A stretch of DNA of 64,000 nt from Octopus vulgaris (GCA_951406725.2 OX597828.1:32860001-32924000); one strand, 5' to 3'; shown: positions 1 to 12,764, counted from the first letter of the stretch. Numbers and translations are program-made. Notes: generated by a model not told the origin, from the letters alone.

Positions 1-339
1 TCTCTCTCTCTCTCTCTCTATTTCCTATATGCATGTGTATATTCTGCGCACGCATTCACGTGCATCTATGTGTCCACATCCAGCACCACACATATTATCA
101 TCAAAATAGGTTCAATGTCCAGTTATTCGTGCCAAATCATTAACGTCCATTCGGCTGCGCCCGATGGTTTCTATCCGCTGTTTTTTTATGCTTAGTTTCA
201 TAAATTCATATTGTAATTTATTTATTGTAGAGGAAACATATTCGGTTTTTAAGTACGATAATCACTGAAGAAAAAGAATTACTCGATTAGTTGATATCAC
301 GAATAATTTACGATATATTTTCCTTCCTTTTTTAAAAGA

Positions 340-685
340 TGCCTAATCTGAAAGAAGGAGTAGCACAGATTGTATTTGCAGGCCTTAAGAAAGCAGTGAG
401 ATTGATACTGTTAAGGCCCCGCTTAAAGTATACTGAATATCAATAATTCCAAGACATAACACGAGCGAAGAGACAGGATCGGATATAGTGGTAGTTGTGG
501 GTTCGACAGAATCAGGTCAAACTTCCGTAATTAGGGGAGAGGAGACAAATGAATCGAGAGAAGCTTGAACGGATGTGTCGTGAGTCCACTCCTATTCGAG
601 AAACACAGACCAGTATTATAGCAGATGAGACGACAGAGAAATGAGATGATACATTTATAGGCCAGATCAAAGTGTGAATATTTGT
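340..685 (-). mobile_element. Old CR1/L2/Crack-type LINE, 3' end of ORF2 (degenerate)
   Basis: Minus-strand translation with stops and frameshifts gives LAYKCIISFLCRLICYNTGLCFS...RTHNYHYIRSCLFARVMSWN...FKRGLNSINL. This resembles the LAHRR..SL..FY.Y..G.CS...RT.HY..SF..R...WN...FK C-terminus of CR1/L2-group RTs. Confidence 0.45.
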
Positions 686-800
686 GATTATTTATGAGTC
701 AATCAGTCGCGTAGCATTTGGTAATATGCGTTAGATATTGAGTTCTAAAGACATTGGGATCAGTTTCACGTTTCTTTAATCAATGATAGTAACGTGATAA

Positions 801-1030
801 GGCAGTGAGCTGGCAGAAACGTTAGCACGCCGGGCAAAATGTTTAGCGGTATTTCGTCTGTCTTTACGTTCTGAGTTCAAATTCCGCCGAGGTCGACTTG
901 GCCTTTCATCCTTTCGGGGTCGATAAATTAAGTACCAGTTACGTACTGGGGTCGATGTAATCGACTTAATACCTATGTCTGTCCTTGTTTGCGCCCTCTA
1001 TGTTTAGTCCCTTGTGGATAATAAAGAAAT
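801..1030 (+). mobile_element. SINE family A (tRNA-like head, Meta/Sauria-like central domain), tail type 1
   Basis: A-box-like TGGCAGAAACGTTAG, B-box GAGTTCAAATTCC, central GGTCGACTTGGCCTTTCATCCTTTCGGGGTCGATAAATTAAGTACCAG, tail ...AGTCCCTTGTGGATAATAAAGAAAT. More than 10 homologous copies occur in the window. Confidence 0.9.
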
Positions 1031-1033
1031 ATG

Positions 1034-1197
1034 TATTTCGTCTGTTTTTACGTTCTGAGTTCAAATTCCGCCGAGGTCGACTTTGCCTTTCATCCTTTCG
1101 GGGTCGAAAAATTAAGTATCAGTTGCATACTGGGGTCGATCTAATCGACTGGCTCCCTCCCTCAAAATTTCGGGATTTGTGCCTAAAGTAGAAAGAA
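1034..1197 (+). mobile_element. SINE family A, 5'-truncated, tail type 2
   Basis: Same B-box and central domain as 801-1030 but a different 3' tail (CCCTCAAAATTTCGGGATTTGTGCCTAAAGTAGAAAG). Confidence 0.85.
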
Positions 1198-1207
1198 TGA
1201 TACTAAT

Positions 1208-1420
1208 GTGGTGATCTAGAAGAACTATTAATCTGTCGGACAAAATGTTTAGCTGCGTTTCTTCCGGCTCTTTGCGTTGTGAGTTCAAATTTCGTCGATG
1301 TCGGCTTTGCTCTTCATTGTTTCCGTTGTCGATAAAATAATTACCGGTTAAATACTGGAGTCGATATATTTGACATATTCCTCCCCGAAATAGCTAACGT
1401 TCGGTTTGAATTTGAAACCA
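1208..1420 (+). mobile_element. SINE family A, older diverged copy
   Basis: GAGTTCAAATTTCGTCGATGTCGGCTTTGCTCTTCAT...GTCGATAAAATAATTACCGG aligns to the family A core. Confidence 0.7.
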
Positions 1421-1914
1421 CTATTCAATGCTTTGCTAGAGATGTGATAGAAATATACTTCAATCGCCAGTTTACTAAACAAAATGTCTGACTTTGAACT
1501 AAGGATAGAAATCGTAGTTATTGACGCACACTTATTTACATCTACACAATACGTATTCTTGTAATTCAACGCTTCTGTTATTGGCATCGATTATTACAAT
1601 TACTACAACTATTACTAATACTACTACTACTACTAAAACTACTACTACCACTAAGTATTATCGGTAGCAGTAGCAACAGCAACGTTGCCGCCGTTGATTC
1701 TGCTTTATTTTTTTGCTTTTCAGTAACTTTTCATTCGTCTACATTTTCTACTTGTGTTCGTTTAAACTATATTAATGTACTTCTCCCTTCTGTATTAATG
1801 TTTTTCTTTGATGTGTTGTTCTTGTTCTACTTCTCAGCTTTGTCTACTGTTTTGCTTCTTTAATATGAGCACCCCCCCCATATTTTCAAATGGGCCCACT
1901 TATGCAATTCTTCC

Positions 1915-2250
1915 ATATATAAGTGTGTGTATGTGTGTGTATGTATGGATGTATATACATATATATGTGTGTGTACGTGCGTAAGAACGCCTAAATATAC
2001 ATTATACACACATAAATTTGTACTTAAGTATGTATGCTTAACTATGCATGTCTACATACATAAATACGTACATATATATGTGTATATATATGTGTGTGTA
2101 TGTATGTGTATATATATATATTATATATATATATATATGTATATGTGTATATATATATATAGACATTAAGTATGTGTATGTATGTATATATATATATATA
2201 TATATGTATGTATATATGTGTGTGTGCGTATATATATATATATATATTTA
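1915..2250. repeat. Compound (TA)n/(TG)n microsatellite field
   Basis: Directly visible dinucleotide repeats. Representative of dozens of similar tracts in the window. Confidence 0.95.
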
Positions 2251-3129
2251 CATGCATAGATAGCATATGAATAGGTTGTCCATTGTTTTATTTATTTGTA
2301 TGTATTCTTATTTTTCCTTTTTCACTTTATTATTACTATCTTTTTTTACTTTTGCTTATAAAAACAATAAATTTTATTTGCTGTAAACTCAGCAAGAATA
2401 AGCGGCGTGATACTACCTACGGTCCTTCAATCAACGGACCAGCAACCTGCAAAATCGCCCATTGTAACGATTCTGTTTCGAAATAATTGCATCATATATC
2501 AAATATTAAACATGAAATATGATGGAGAGGTTTTTATAATTCAACAGCTACGGATATATAGCGCATGGATACTAGTTTCGTCTCTTAAATATGCCATTGC
2601 GTGTTCGATATCGCTCAAGTGGACTTCTGGCATATGATGTAGTTTTGTGAGAAACTTTGTCTAGTGAGAAACTGACTAATCCAGTCTCTGTATCGCTGTC
2701 TCTCCTCTCCTCTCTCTCTCTCTCTCTCTCTTCCTGTGTATATACTCTCTCTCTCTCTCCTACACACACACACACACACATATATGTGTGTGTATAAAAT
2801 ATACATGCGTGTGTGCGTAAAATATACATATGTGTGTATGCTAGTGTATGTGTGTGTGCGCGTGCATGTGGTTTCAGATAGTAACATTTGCTAGAAATAT
2901 ACTATGTTGCAACAATATTGGTAGATACATGTATAAATTGACCCTATAAAAAGTACATTATTTACATTATTTACATTAGACGGATATTTGTCCTCATCTT
3001 GTAAAATTAATCTGTCACCTAGTCTAACACTACCACCTGAACCGTCGCTGCCTCTAGCGGATTTTCAAGCTTTTTTCCACGTCTATATTTTGTGTATATC
3101 TTCTCCTCTCTCTCTCTCTCTCCAGTGGA

Positions 3130-4030
3130 AGAACCCTCACACAATCATGTATCCTGTCTTTCCTTTCTCACTAAAAAGTTTTAAAATGTCGAAAATCTTT
3201 TAGTCCATTCTATAATACTGGTTGAAACACAACCCAACGGGAGAGCATCTTGTAGACCTTCGGTCCCGCGCATTTTTTCTTCATATAATTATGTATGTCT
3301 TGAAGCTGACATGTTTATACTTGAGGTAAATAGAAATTTATTACGTTTATAAATTTCTTCAATGTTGTTGTTAAACAAGATTTCGAATATGATTTATGAG
3401 ATTTATAGTAAAAGACACTCCAAACATGACTATCACATTTTCTGTTCAATTTTAAGAAATAATTTTACAATTTGAGTAAGATATCCACTGATATTTCTAG
3501 AAGGTCGCTCGTCTGTGTATATCCTCACGTTGGGAATACTGAATGAATTAATCTGGTTTTAATGGAAGAACCGAAATTGCTTCGAAGAATTAATTCAGGT
3601 GATCTTTGGATTTTGTTATTTGAATTCACCAATGATTTCGAAACATTCCAGTGAATAATTAATCAGAATAGCCATAAACATGGACATTATATTATTACCT
3701 TACATATTGTTCTTGACACTTTTCATTAGTTTGTTTATTATTTTATCGGTTTCATAATACTAGAATACAGTAAATGGAAAGAGAATTTTCAGTTAAGTAG
3801 ATTTTCAGATTAATATTTAATTCTTATTCTTATCCCATGAACAGATTGATAAAATCAACTTATTAAGAATTACTGAAACATTAACAATACTTGAAGCATC
3901 AACAATGCGATTATTTTTTTATTTAGCCAATGTTTAATACCTCAGCAGAATTTGAAACTGCAATCGACCAGCTTTGGGCGAGAAAGAATAATAAATAAAC
4001 GCTGTATTCTCACTCTGACTTGGTCTGTAT
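3130..4030 (-). mobile_element. Ancient RTE-clade LINE fossil, RT C-terminal half
   Basis: Minus-strand fragments in expected order: VHGIRIRIKY, NKLMKSVKNN, ILINYSLECFEIIGEFK, SSIKTRLIHSVFPT*GY (cf. RTE TK.RL...VFP...YG), KDRIHDCVR. Heavily degraded. Confidence 0.4.
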
Positions 4031-4796
4031 TATACACACTAAACTACAACTGCTACTGTTGCTACAAGTAAGACCGTAACTAATCCTGCCACTACTTTCA
4101 GGAATACAACGAAGATTATAATTCTTATTATGGTTATCTTCCAATATCATCGATTTTTTTCTCTTCTTCTGCTGTGGACTCAACTATAAAGCTGGAAACC
4201 ATCCAACTAGAAATAAAACATTTTCACTTCTTCTTTTTTTAATTCTCGCTTGCTTTTTTCTTCATTATTTTTTCTTCTTTTTTATGCACACATGAGAGGG
4301 ATGGCGACTCTTTCCAACGCATCATTCGTCTGTAGTTTATTGCAGTAGTACTTCTAACATGCGTTCTCTAAAAGATAACTCTAACAGGGGTTTAACTACA
4401 GCAAGATAAGAGACCAGCAGAGAGAGAAAAGTTCCTACTATTCAGTCTTCACACTGTATATGAAAGAAACTTTTCATCGCCGTAACTTTGCAAATGGCAG
4501 ATACAGACACGTATAAAAGTTATATACATACATACACACACACACACTCACACATATATATATTATATAGATGTCTGAATGCATCTTTGCTTAGACTTAA
4601 GACTGACTTTTTTTTTAAACTTCAGTCATACATATGTATTGACAAGATACATTCCATCTCTTTAGCATTTTACAACCAAAATGTGAGACACTGTTTATTG
4701 ACGCATGCGTAACGGAATACCTGTACTATTTTATTGTTCCTGTTTTTAGTTGCATTCAGCTGTTGTTTCTGTTCTTGTCCTTGCTGTTGTAGGATT

Positions 4797-4799
4797 TCT

Positions 4800-4846
<47 letters not shown>

Positions 4847-4853
4847 TTCTTCC

Positions 4854-4884
<31 letters not shown>

Positions 4885-4936
4885 CTTCTTCTTCTTCTTC
4901 TTCTTCTTCTTCTTCTTCTTCTTCTTCTTCTTCTTC
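4797..4936. repeat. (CTT)n microsatellite
   Basis: About 46 units, nearly pure. Source of the poly-S/L/E pseudo-ORFs. Confidence 0.98.
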
Positions 4937-5421
4937 CGCTATTATTAATCCTAATGGTATTACCTTATTTTTTTCTCTTCATACCGTTTCTACTTGTCTA
5001 TTTCTATTATTTCCTCGGAATATTTTTCCATACCTTTATCATGGTTTAGATTTGGTCGCCATAATTGAAAAGAATGTTTAATATTATTATTATTGTTGTT
5101 GTTGTTGTTGTTATTTTTCTTATTATAGCTGTTATCGTTTTTATTTACCGGCGTGCTGGAAGAATTGTTAGCAAGGCGGACCACACGCTTACCATCATCT
5201 CTTCCAGCTTTACGTTCTGAGTTCTAATTCATCATATAATCGACCAGCGCCTTTCCCCAAAATATCAGATACCATGCCTAGAGTATTATCATTATTATCT
5301 TTTTAAAATTATTATTATATTATATTTATTGAAAATGCGACTCAGGCTCACTTCCCAAAACTGCCCATGTGGCAAAATTTGAAGCTACTACTACTACTAC
5401 TACTACTACTACCACTACTAC

Positions 5422-5647
5422 TGAGCTGGCAGAATCGTTAGCACGCCGGGCGAAATGCGTAGCCGTATTTCGTCTGCCGTTACGTTCTGAGTTCAAATTC
5501 CACCGAGGTCGACTTTGCCTTTCATCCTCTCGGGGTCGATAAATAAAGTACCAGTTTCGCACTGGGTCGATGTAATCGACTTAAACCCTTTGTCTGCCCT
5601 TGTTTGTCCCCTCTATGTTTAGCCCCTTTAGGGCAGTAAAGAAATTT
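5422..5647 (+). mobile_element. SINE family A, tail type 1
   Basis: Full head, core and tail, highly similar to 801-1030. Preceded by (CTA)n. Confidence 0.9.
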
Positions 5648-5672
5648 ATTATTATTATGATCATTATTAAAA

Positions 5673-5880
5673 AGGCGGCGAGCGTGAAGAGTCATTTGCA
5701 CGCTGGATGTAATGCCTGGCGGCATTTCGTCCGTCCTTACGTTCTGAGTTCAAATTACACCGAGGTCAACTTTGCCTTTCATCCTTCGTGGTCGATAGAA
5801 TAAGTACCAGTTGAACAGTGGGGTCGATGTAATCGCCGCGAAGCTCCCCCATTCCTCGTAGCAAAAATTGGAAATAATCA
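5673..5880 (+). mobile_element. SINE family A, diverged
   Basis: B-box GAGTTCAAATTAC and core GAGGTCAACTTTGCCTTTCATCCTTCGTGGTCGATAGAATAAGTACCAG. Confidence 0.8.
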
Positions 5881-5901
5881 TTATTGTCATTATTAAAACT
5901 T

Positions 5902-6126
5902 CGAGCTGGCAGAATTATTAGCACGCCGGGCGAAATGCTTAGCGGTAATTCGTCTGCAGTTACGTTCTGAGTTCTAATTGCGCCGAGGTCGACTTTGCTT
6001 TTCATCCGTTCGGCGTCGATAAATTAAGTACCAGTTGCGCACTAGGGTCGATGTAATCGACTCAATACCTTTGTCTGTTTTGTTTGTCCCCTCTATGTTT
6101 AGCCCCTTGTGGACAATAAAGAAATA
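5902..6126 (+). mobile_element. SINE family A, tail type 1
   Basis: Full-length copy aligned to 801-1030. Confidence 0.9.
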
Positions 6127-6130
6127 AGGA

Positions 6131-6652
6131 CCATTAGCACGATGGACGCAATGCTTAGCGGTATTTCGTCAGGCGCTACATCCTGAGTGAAGGCGCATGG
6201 CTCAGTGGTTAGAGCACTGAACTTACGATCGTGAGGTCGTGAGTTCGATTCCCGGACCGGGTTGCGTGTTGTGTTCTTGAGCAAGACACTTTATTTCACG
6301 TTGCTACAGAAATGAGCTGCGACATCACTGGTGCCAAGCTGTATCGGCCTTTGCCTTTCCCTTGGATAACATCAATGGTGTGGTGTGGGGAGCCTGGTAT
6401 GCATGGGCAACTGCTAGCCTTCCACAAACCAACCTCACCGGTCTTGTGCCTCGGAGGGTAAGTTTCTAGGTGCAATCCCCTGGTTATTCATGACCGAGGG
6501 GGGTCTCCTGCTGATAAAAAAAAAACATCCTGAGTTCAAATTCCACCGAGGTTGACTTTGCCTTTCATGCTCACAGGGTCGATAAATTAAGTACCAGTAA
6601 AACACTGTAAACGACTCCTAAATTTTTAGGCTTTGTGCCGTAAGAGAAAGGA
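6131..6652 (+). mobile_element. SINE family A interrupted by a SINE C insertion
   Basis: The head (6131-6188) resumes at 6525 with the B-box CTGAGTTCAAATTCC and the core. Confidence 0.85.
6189..6524 (+). mobile_element. SINE family C (tRNA-derived head, CORE/V-like GTGTTCTTGAGCAAGACAC motif) with A-tail and 11-bp TSD
   Basis: A-box TGGCTCAGTGG, B-box GAGTTCGATTCCC, oligo-A end. TSD ACATCCTGAGT at 6178-6188 and 6525-6535. Confidence 0.92.
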
Positions 6653-6864
6653 TTATTTTTATTATTATTATTATTGTAGTAGTTGTTGTTGTTGTAATTG
6701 CCATCATCATCTTCGTTAGTAGCTGCATCTTAACCACCATCGTCATCATCATTGTCATTTGCTATCATCATCATCATCATCAACAACAACGTCGCCATCG
6801 TTGTTATTATCATTGTCATCATCCACTTCATCAACATCATTCATGTTCTCTCAACCCCACCACC

Positions 6865-7500
6865 ACCAAATTCACTCCTTTTCTATTTTCTCACATACAC
6901 TAATAATCTGTTGTCCATGTCCTTCGAGGTCGTTCTTGTATGTTATCGCTTTTATGAGGGTGTATTCACTTTCACTTTCAGATAGGAAAATATTTCACAG
7001 AACATTTTTGTTTTTTGTCTTCTCCATTTCTTTTCTATCTGCGGGCTGTTAGCTTCCATTACTACCAAACATCATTATTTCCAGTTAAGTGAAATCATTG
7101 CCAAAAACAAAAAAAGAACAAAAAAGCGGTACCATTTAGCTTTTTCATTCAATAATTTACATGTTATTGTGAAGAATTTCCTTTTCCTGTTGTATTCCGA
7201 TAACGCTTTTATTGCACACCTCATTTCACAATAATTCTGTTAGTTTAGTCCAGTTAAACAATTCGTTTCCAGTATATCTCCACTCGTTCTCAATATTTCT
7301 TAGAATTCGCTCTTCTTTTATTCTTTATTAGACATTGTTATTAAAAATGATATTCTTTTCTTTTTACGTTCTTCAGATGCTTCCAACATTTCGTAAGTTT
7401 CGCTGAATTCATTGGTTCTCCGGTATTGTTCATTAAACTTTGTGTTTAGATGTTGAGCAAATTAATATTTTCATAAATTTACACGAATCGTTCTGAGGAG
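6865..7500 (-). mobile_element. Ancient RTE-clade LINE fossil, APE-RT linker region
   Basis: Minus-strand FSETYEMLEASEERKKK...LRNIENEW...AIKAL...KLLNEKAKWYRFF...TLIKA...IISVCEKIEKE*IW resembles the RTE linker/RT domain 0 pattern. Multiple stops. Confidence 0.45.
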
Positions 7501-7911
7501 AAGGCAGTGAAACTTAGTGAAAGATAGATTGTTTGGGATGATGGGAAAAACACAGATCGAAGTTTGAATTCCGTTACGAATAGCTTTCTTTAACATGTTT
7601 TGTAATGGCGTCGATGAAAACCAGTGACAAATATTTCCTTCTCTTTCTTTAAGGTATGTATATGCGTGTGCATGTGTGTGTGTGTGTACAAATAAATAGA
7701 CACACAGACAGACAGGTAGACCACACGGTATTCGTAGCGGAAGGCCTGGAACAACACAGAAAGACGTGTTCTCGGTCCCATGACGTCATTCATAGCCCAA
7801 TAGTATGTTTTTCATACATGTTATCAAGAAAAATAATATTTTCTCTCGAAAATTAAAAGAAATTAGAAAAGTGAGGGCAATGCATATATACTGTATATAT
7901 TCTCTTTTGCG

Positions 7912-8050
7912 CATTTATTTCTTTCAGTCAGTTGACTTCGGCCATGTTGGAGCACTGCCTTTAGACGAACAAATCGGCCCTCCGACTTATTCTTTGTGAG
8001 CCTAGTACTTATTTATTCCCTCAGTATCTTTTGCCGAACCGCTATGTAAC
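7912..8050 (-). mobile_element. SINE family B, 3' module fragment
   Basis: Reverse complement of ...GGTTCGGCAAAAGA...AAGTACTAGGC...TGCTCCAACATGGCCGAAGTCAACTGACTGAAAG. Confidence 0.8.
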
Positions 8051-8525
8051 GCGAGCCGGTCAACCAAGTGGCGTCCTGTTTGACCGATGTGTAGAGAAGG
8101 ACATAGAGAGCAGGACATGCAGTAGACGACGTTGTTAGCAGTGCAGGTGAAGGAGTTGATGATGGGTGGCTGAGAGAAGGGTGGTGTTGGTGAAATAAGG
8201 TAAAGTGAGGCGGCGTCGGCGGGAGTAGGGGGAAGGGACCAGGTTGGGAGGTTGGGTTAGGGAAGAAGCTGCGGACCAAGAGGTCTCGTAGGTTCTGGGC
8301 TCGTTTAAAGGAGGGAAGCGGTAGGTTAGGGAAGATGTGCGAAGTGGAGGGGGTCGGACTGGGGTCGCCTGAAGGCACGGTGAATGGTGCATTGGATAGG
8401 TAGGGTGGTGAAGTGGTAGGTGAGGGGAAAGGGCGACGCGTGATGGCGGGCGGGTGCGAGAGGAGTAAGCAGAGGCACGGCTCGCAGAACGTACTCAGAC
8501 AAGGCCGATGTGGATAGTGGTGTAG
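8050..8525 (-). mobile_element. Penelope-like element fragment: linker, Zn-finger and GIY-YIG endonuclease N-terminus
   Basis: PFPLTYH...QSDPSTSHIFPNLPLPSFKRAQNLRDLLVRS...FTCTANNVVYCMSCSLCPSLHIGQTGRHLVDRLA (N-V-V-Y...H-I-G-Q-T = GIY-YIG motif). Frameshifted. Confidence 0.88.
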
Positions 8526-8572
8526 TTTAATTATTCATTTTGAATTGATAAAAGGTGGGTTTTTTCTAGCAT

Positions 8573-8604
<32 letters not shown>

Positions 8605-10422
8605 CAAATCATCATAGAAATTGATATTAATCAATTAAAACCAGTGGCCTAGCATATTTAAAAAAAAAAAGAACATTATTTTTTTTTACATACAAAAAAT
8701 TTAGTGGTCAGTCCTCTAAATTTTGTATCTATATATATATATATACACACATATATCTGTGTGTGTGTGTGTATGTGTGTGTGTTTGTGTGTGTGAATCT
8801 TATTGATAATTTCGCTTCAGTCTCATTCAGCAGGCAACTTTCTTCATAGAAAATATGATTTTTGCATATCCGACAAGTCTGGAATTCCTATTATGGTTCT
8901 CATTTCCAGCAAGAATCTTGTATTCAATTCAGTCATACTGCATGTAACCATGACAAGTTACTTCACACTGAATCGACTGAAAAGTTTCTGGGATTCCTTG
9001 AGAATGTTCATTAACTCATAATACTTCCTTTCTGTGATGTAGCAGAGTTTTTTTTTTCAATAACACACTAATTAGATTATTGTGCAGAAAAATAAAGAGA
9101 GAACGATTGAAAATTATTGGCCCATCGAAGTATAGTCAAACGGATGACACCATGCCAAATAAAATGAAAGCATTAGTAAAGAAATCTTATAAAAGCATTG
9201 CATTATTTATGTATGTGCTAGGAAATAACAAGTTACTATTGTAGAAAACAGCTGGAGGTTACAGAAATATTTTATACTTTAATGCTTTTTCTTCACTTTT
9301 CAGATGGCTACCATCACTATTTGGTTCAATAGTCAAATATCGATTCTTCCCATAGGCACAAAGCAACACTATTTAACCAGTGTATTCTCGATTTCGATGA
9401 CCTCAACGACCTGAATGGTACTTATTTTATATAACCAACACACCTTCAAGTTTTGAACAAAGTAAGTAAGTACTCAGCCTCAAGGTTTTTAGTCTGTCCG
9501 ACATTTTACAAACCCCGATACATTCACACATAAGGATGAAAGAAAAATTTGATCACAAGGTATTTGGTGAGTTCGTTGCTCTATTGATTCAGACGTCTAA
9601 TGGTTCCTACACTCTAATACCAATATTTCTTGTATTATGAAATACGTGAATGGATTTACGTTTACAAATACAATCTATTATGTAACCCTTTTCGAGCAAG
9701 AAATTGATCTTGTAACTATTATTGTTGCTAAATCTCAATGTTGGGTTTCATTCAGTGCATCCAGGATCTATTGAGTGCAATGCCTGATAATTCCTTCCTT
9801 GTTGATTATCAATGACTTCATTGTACAATTATCGTTAGTAAATTTTTATTTTTGAAACATATATATATATATATATATATAGGAGGATGGATAATTACAG
9901 CGTCTGTCTGCTAGAAATAGATGCCAAAAGGTCTAAAAGCCACTTAAAATTATTACTTCAATACCACGAAGTTGTAAGCGAGTGAAATGGATAGAGAGGA
10001 TTTATGGAATATTTTGGATAGTACCATATCTTAAGATTACACAATCGGACAAGCACGAGTAATATATATGCATTCCAAACATGTGTGCGAAGCATCCATT
10101 TCAACAATGTGGTGATTTACTCAGAATAATTCTGCAGTAAATGCTAGAGTGAATTAATATATATATATATTTGTATACGTAATAAGGGTGAGGTCATTGT
10201 TTAATGATTTATTACTGGTCAGCTTAATGATAATACCATAATGGTTGATTTATATTAAAATTATAATAAGAATTATGAAGAATTACCCCGTCTGTCTGCT
10301 AGAAATAGACGCTAAAATGTCTATAACCCACTTAAAATTATTATCTATTACCAATTATTTAAGACTGTTTGCTGTTTACACACCCGTCTTAATCTTTTGT
10401 TTTTTTGTAAACCCTCACTATG

Positions 10423-10447
<25 letters not shown>

Positions 10448-10453
<6 letters not shown>

Positions 10454-10672
10454 ATCCCGTGACCGACCAGACCATCAGATGTTGTTACACATCGCTGGTC
10501 ACAATGCGTTCGCATTGTTTTTTAGCCTTCGAATGACGCCACCCCGCTGGCTAAGCGAGCAGGCCAACAGAAGAAAGAGAGGGAGAAGGTGTGGTGAAAG
10601 AGTACAGCAGGGATCACCACCCCCTGCGACCGCGAATTCACTGCCCTAAGCACTAGGTCATTGCGCCTCCAC
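10448..10672 (-). mobile_element. SINE family E head (internally deleted) with alternative 3' tail
   Basis: Head GGAGGCGCAATGACCTAGTGCTTAGGGCAG and CCCTGCTGTACTCTTTCACCAC match 27621-28004. The tail ...ATTCGAAGGCTAAAAACAATGCGAACGCATTGTGACCAGCG matches 61125-61200. Confidence 0.8.
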
Positions 10673-10678
10673 ACACTC

Positions 10679-10712
<34 letters not shown>

Positions 10713-11267
10713 GTATATATATGTATGTATGTATATGGATGTATGTATATATGTATGTATGTTTGTATGTATATATTAGGGAATTTCAAAACATCGTTTA
10801 AACAAGAATTCGCCTAATTTTTTTTTTAAAAGTGAAACTTTCAGCAACACAATTTAAGTGGCTAATCTGAAACAGTAATATAAAATGCGTTCTATACAAA
10901 AACAAAATTAGATAATAAAGAATTCATCAATTTTCACAGTACTTATGTTTGTCTAGAGGTTCTAATGCACCATAATTTCGCCCTTGGGAAAAAAAACGAC
11001 TTTCGCAGACTGGTGTAGAGTGTCTTATGTTGGCTTAGTAGGTTGTTCTGTCACACTTTTGAATAACACTAATAATGGTCGCAAATTTCCTGTAATTACA
11101 TTTACACTTACTGGTCATTTTCCCAGCTACAAAAGGATAAATTTACAAACGTTTAAAAGTGAACGGCATTCATTATTCAAAATCGATTCTTATAACAGTT
11201 TACAAAACTTTCGATGAAACCGATTTTGCAAAATTTAACCTTCAAGTAAGCCCCTCGCCCTCTCCGT

Positions 11268-11465
11268 TTCTTCTTCTTCTTCTTCTTCTTCTTCTTCTTC
11301 TTCTTCTTCTTCTTCTTCTTCTTCTTCTTCGTCGTCTTCTTCTTCGTCTTCTTCTTCTTCTCCTTCTTCTTCTTCTCCTTCTCCTTCTCCTTCTTCTTCT
11401 TCTTCTTCTTCTTCTTCTTCTTCTTCTTCTTCTTCTTCTTCTTCTCTTCTTCTTTTTCTTCTTTT
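11268..11465. repeat. (CTT)n microsatellite
   Basis: About 60 units with CGT/CCT variants. Confidence 0.97.
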
Positions 11466-11596
11466 TTTTCATTTTCTTCTCTCTTTTCATTGAACTACCT
11501 CTTTATCTCTTTTTACCACCTCCTCTCTCTCAGTCTATCTCTCTATTTATTTCTCTCTGCTCGCGCGCGTACACTCACATATACAGATCAAATAAA

Positions 11597-11775
11597 TGAG
11601 GGTATGTTGAAAAGTTCCTGACTTTGGATAACAGAAAATACATGAGGATCATTGAATTGGAGTCTTATTCAAAATATTCCCCTCATTGCAGCGGTCCTTC
11701 AGTCTTCCTAAGGTGTGTAAACGACCAGGCCTTTTGCGATTCCCTTAAAACCATGAAATCTTATCACCCCACATA
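11597..11775. mobile_element. Degenerate mariner-type MITE
   Basis: The left end TGAGGGTATGTTGAAAAGTTCCTGACTTT and right end AAAACCATGAAATCTTATCACCCCACA form decayed TIRs of the (TA)CGAGGG..TGAAAAGTTCC type. Confidence 0.5.
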
Positions 11776-11783
11776 TACATATA

Positions 11784-11881
<98 letters not shown>

Positions 11882-12764
11882 AAATATGTTAATATATATT
11901 ATATAATATATATATATTATATATATATATATAATATATATAGTATATTATAAGTTTAAGCATATAAAATATGAATTATTATTGTTTAAGCATATATATT
12001 ATATAATATATATATATATATATATATCGATATATATATATATATATAGTATATTATAAGTTTAAGCATATAAAATACTGATATTATTTTATTAGTAGGA
12101 AGTTATATACCTTATTACTCACAAATAGATCTTAAAAACTCTAGCCATGATTATATTATCACACGGAATAAACATGAAGTTTCATGAAGCAAGATATGAG
12201 TAAATAGCAAATAAAATCTGCAGATTTAAGTGAGAGAGAGAGATTTATTAAAACTAACACTGCTTCCTTTACACAGAGACTCTTTCATCCACCTCTTCCT
12301 CTCTGGCGCCCCTCTTTTGTTAATTTACCGAAACTTAGATGTAAATAATCAAGTAGGACAATGAATCATATCTTATACACGGAGACAATATACCGTTGTA
12401 TACAGCGAATGATGAACAACTAGGAACACTAATGTGTAGGGTCTGGTCCAATCCCTTTCTCCAATATTGACAGGAATTAGGTAAAGTAACAAGCAGGTTG
12501 GCTGGCTTCATGCAGAAAAGAGACGGTGGAAAATATCACCGAAAGATTCAGCAAAGCTGGCAAATGCTTTCATTACCCCCGACATAATTTAGCTGCAACC
12601 TGCAGCACTTTACCATAAATTACATCTCTGAGGATTTACTGTCTTCAGTTGGCCAGGCATTCTTTCTGCTACGAAGATTCTCTGTTTTGAGGTTCTCCTT
12701 GTTAAGCCTATTGATACGAGTATCGTCTGCCATGTTATCTTATGCTTTCTACAGTCTTTCTACA

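Noticed and set aside
6189-6262. tRNA gene (also heads at 801, 12765, 27930-28004)
   Set aside because: A/B boxes are present, but there is no complete cloverleaf or acceptor stem. They continue into SINE bodies, some with TSDs.
9902-12077. Short local repeats (9902-9954/10290-10342; 11940-11971/12046-12077) and a 21-bp tandem at 47130-47171
   Set aside because: Ordinary repeat fragments or slippage duplications with no further structure.
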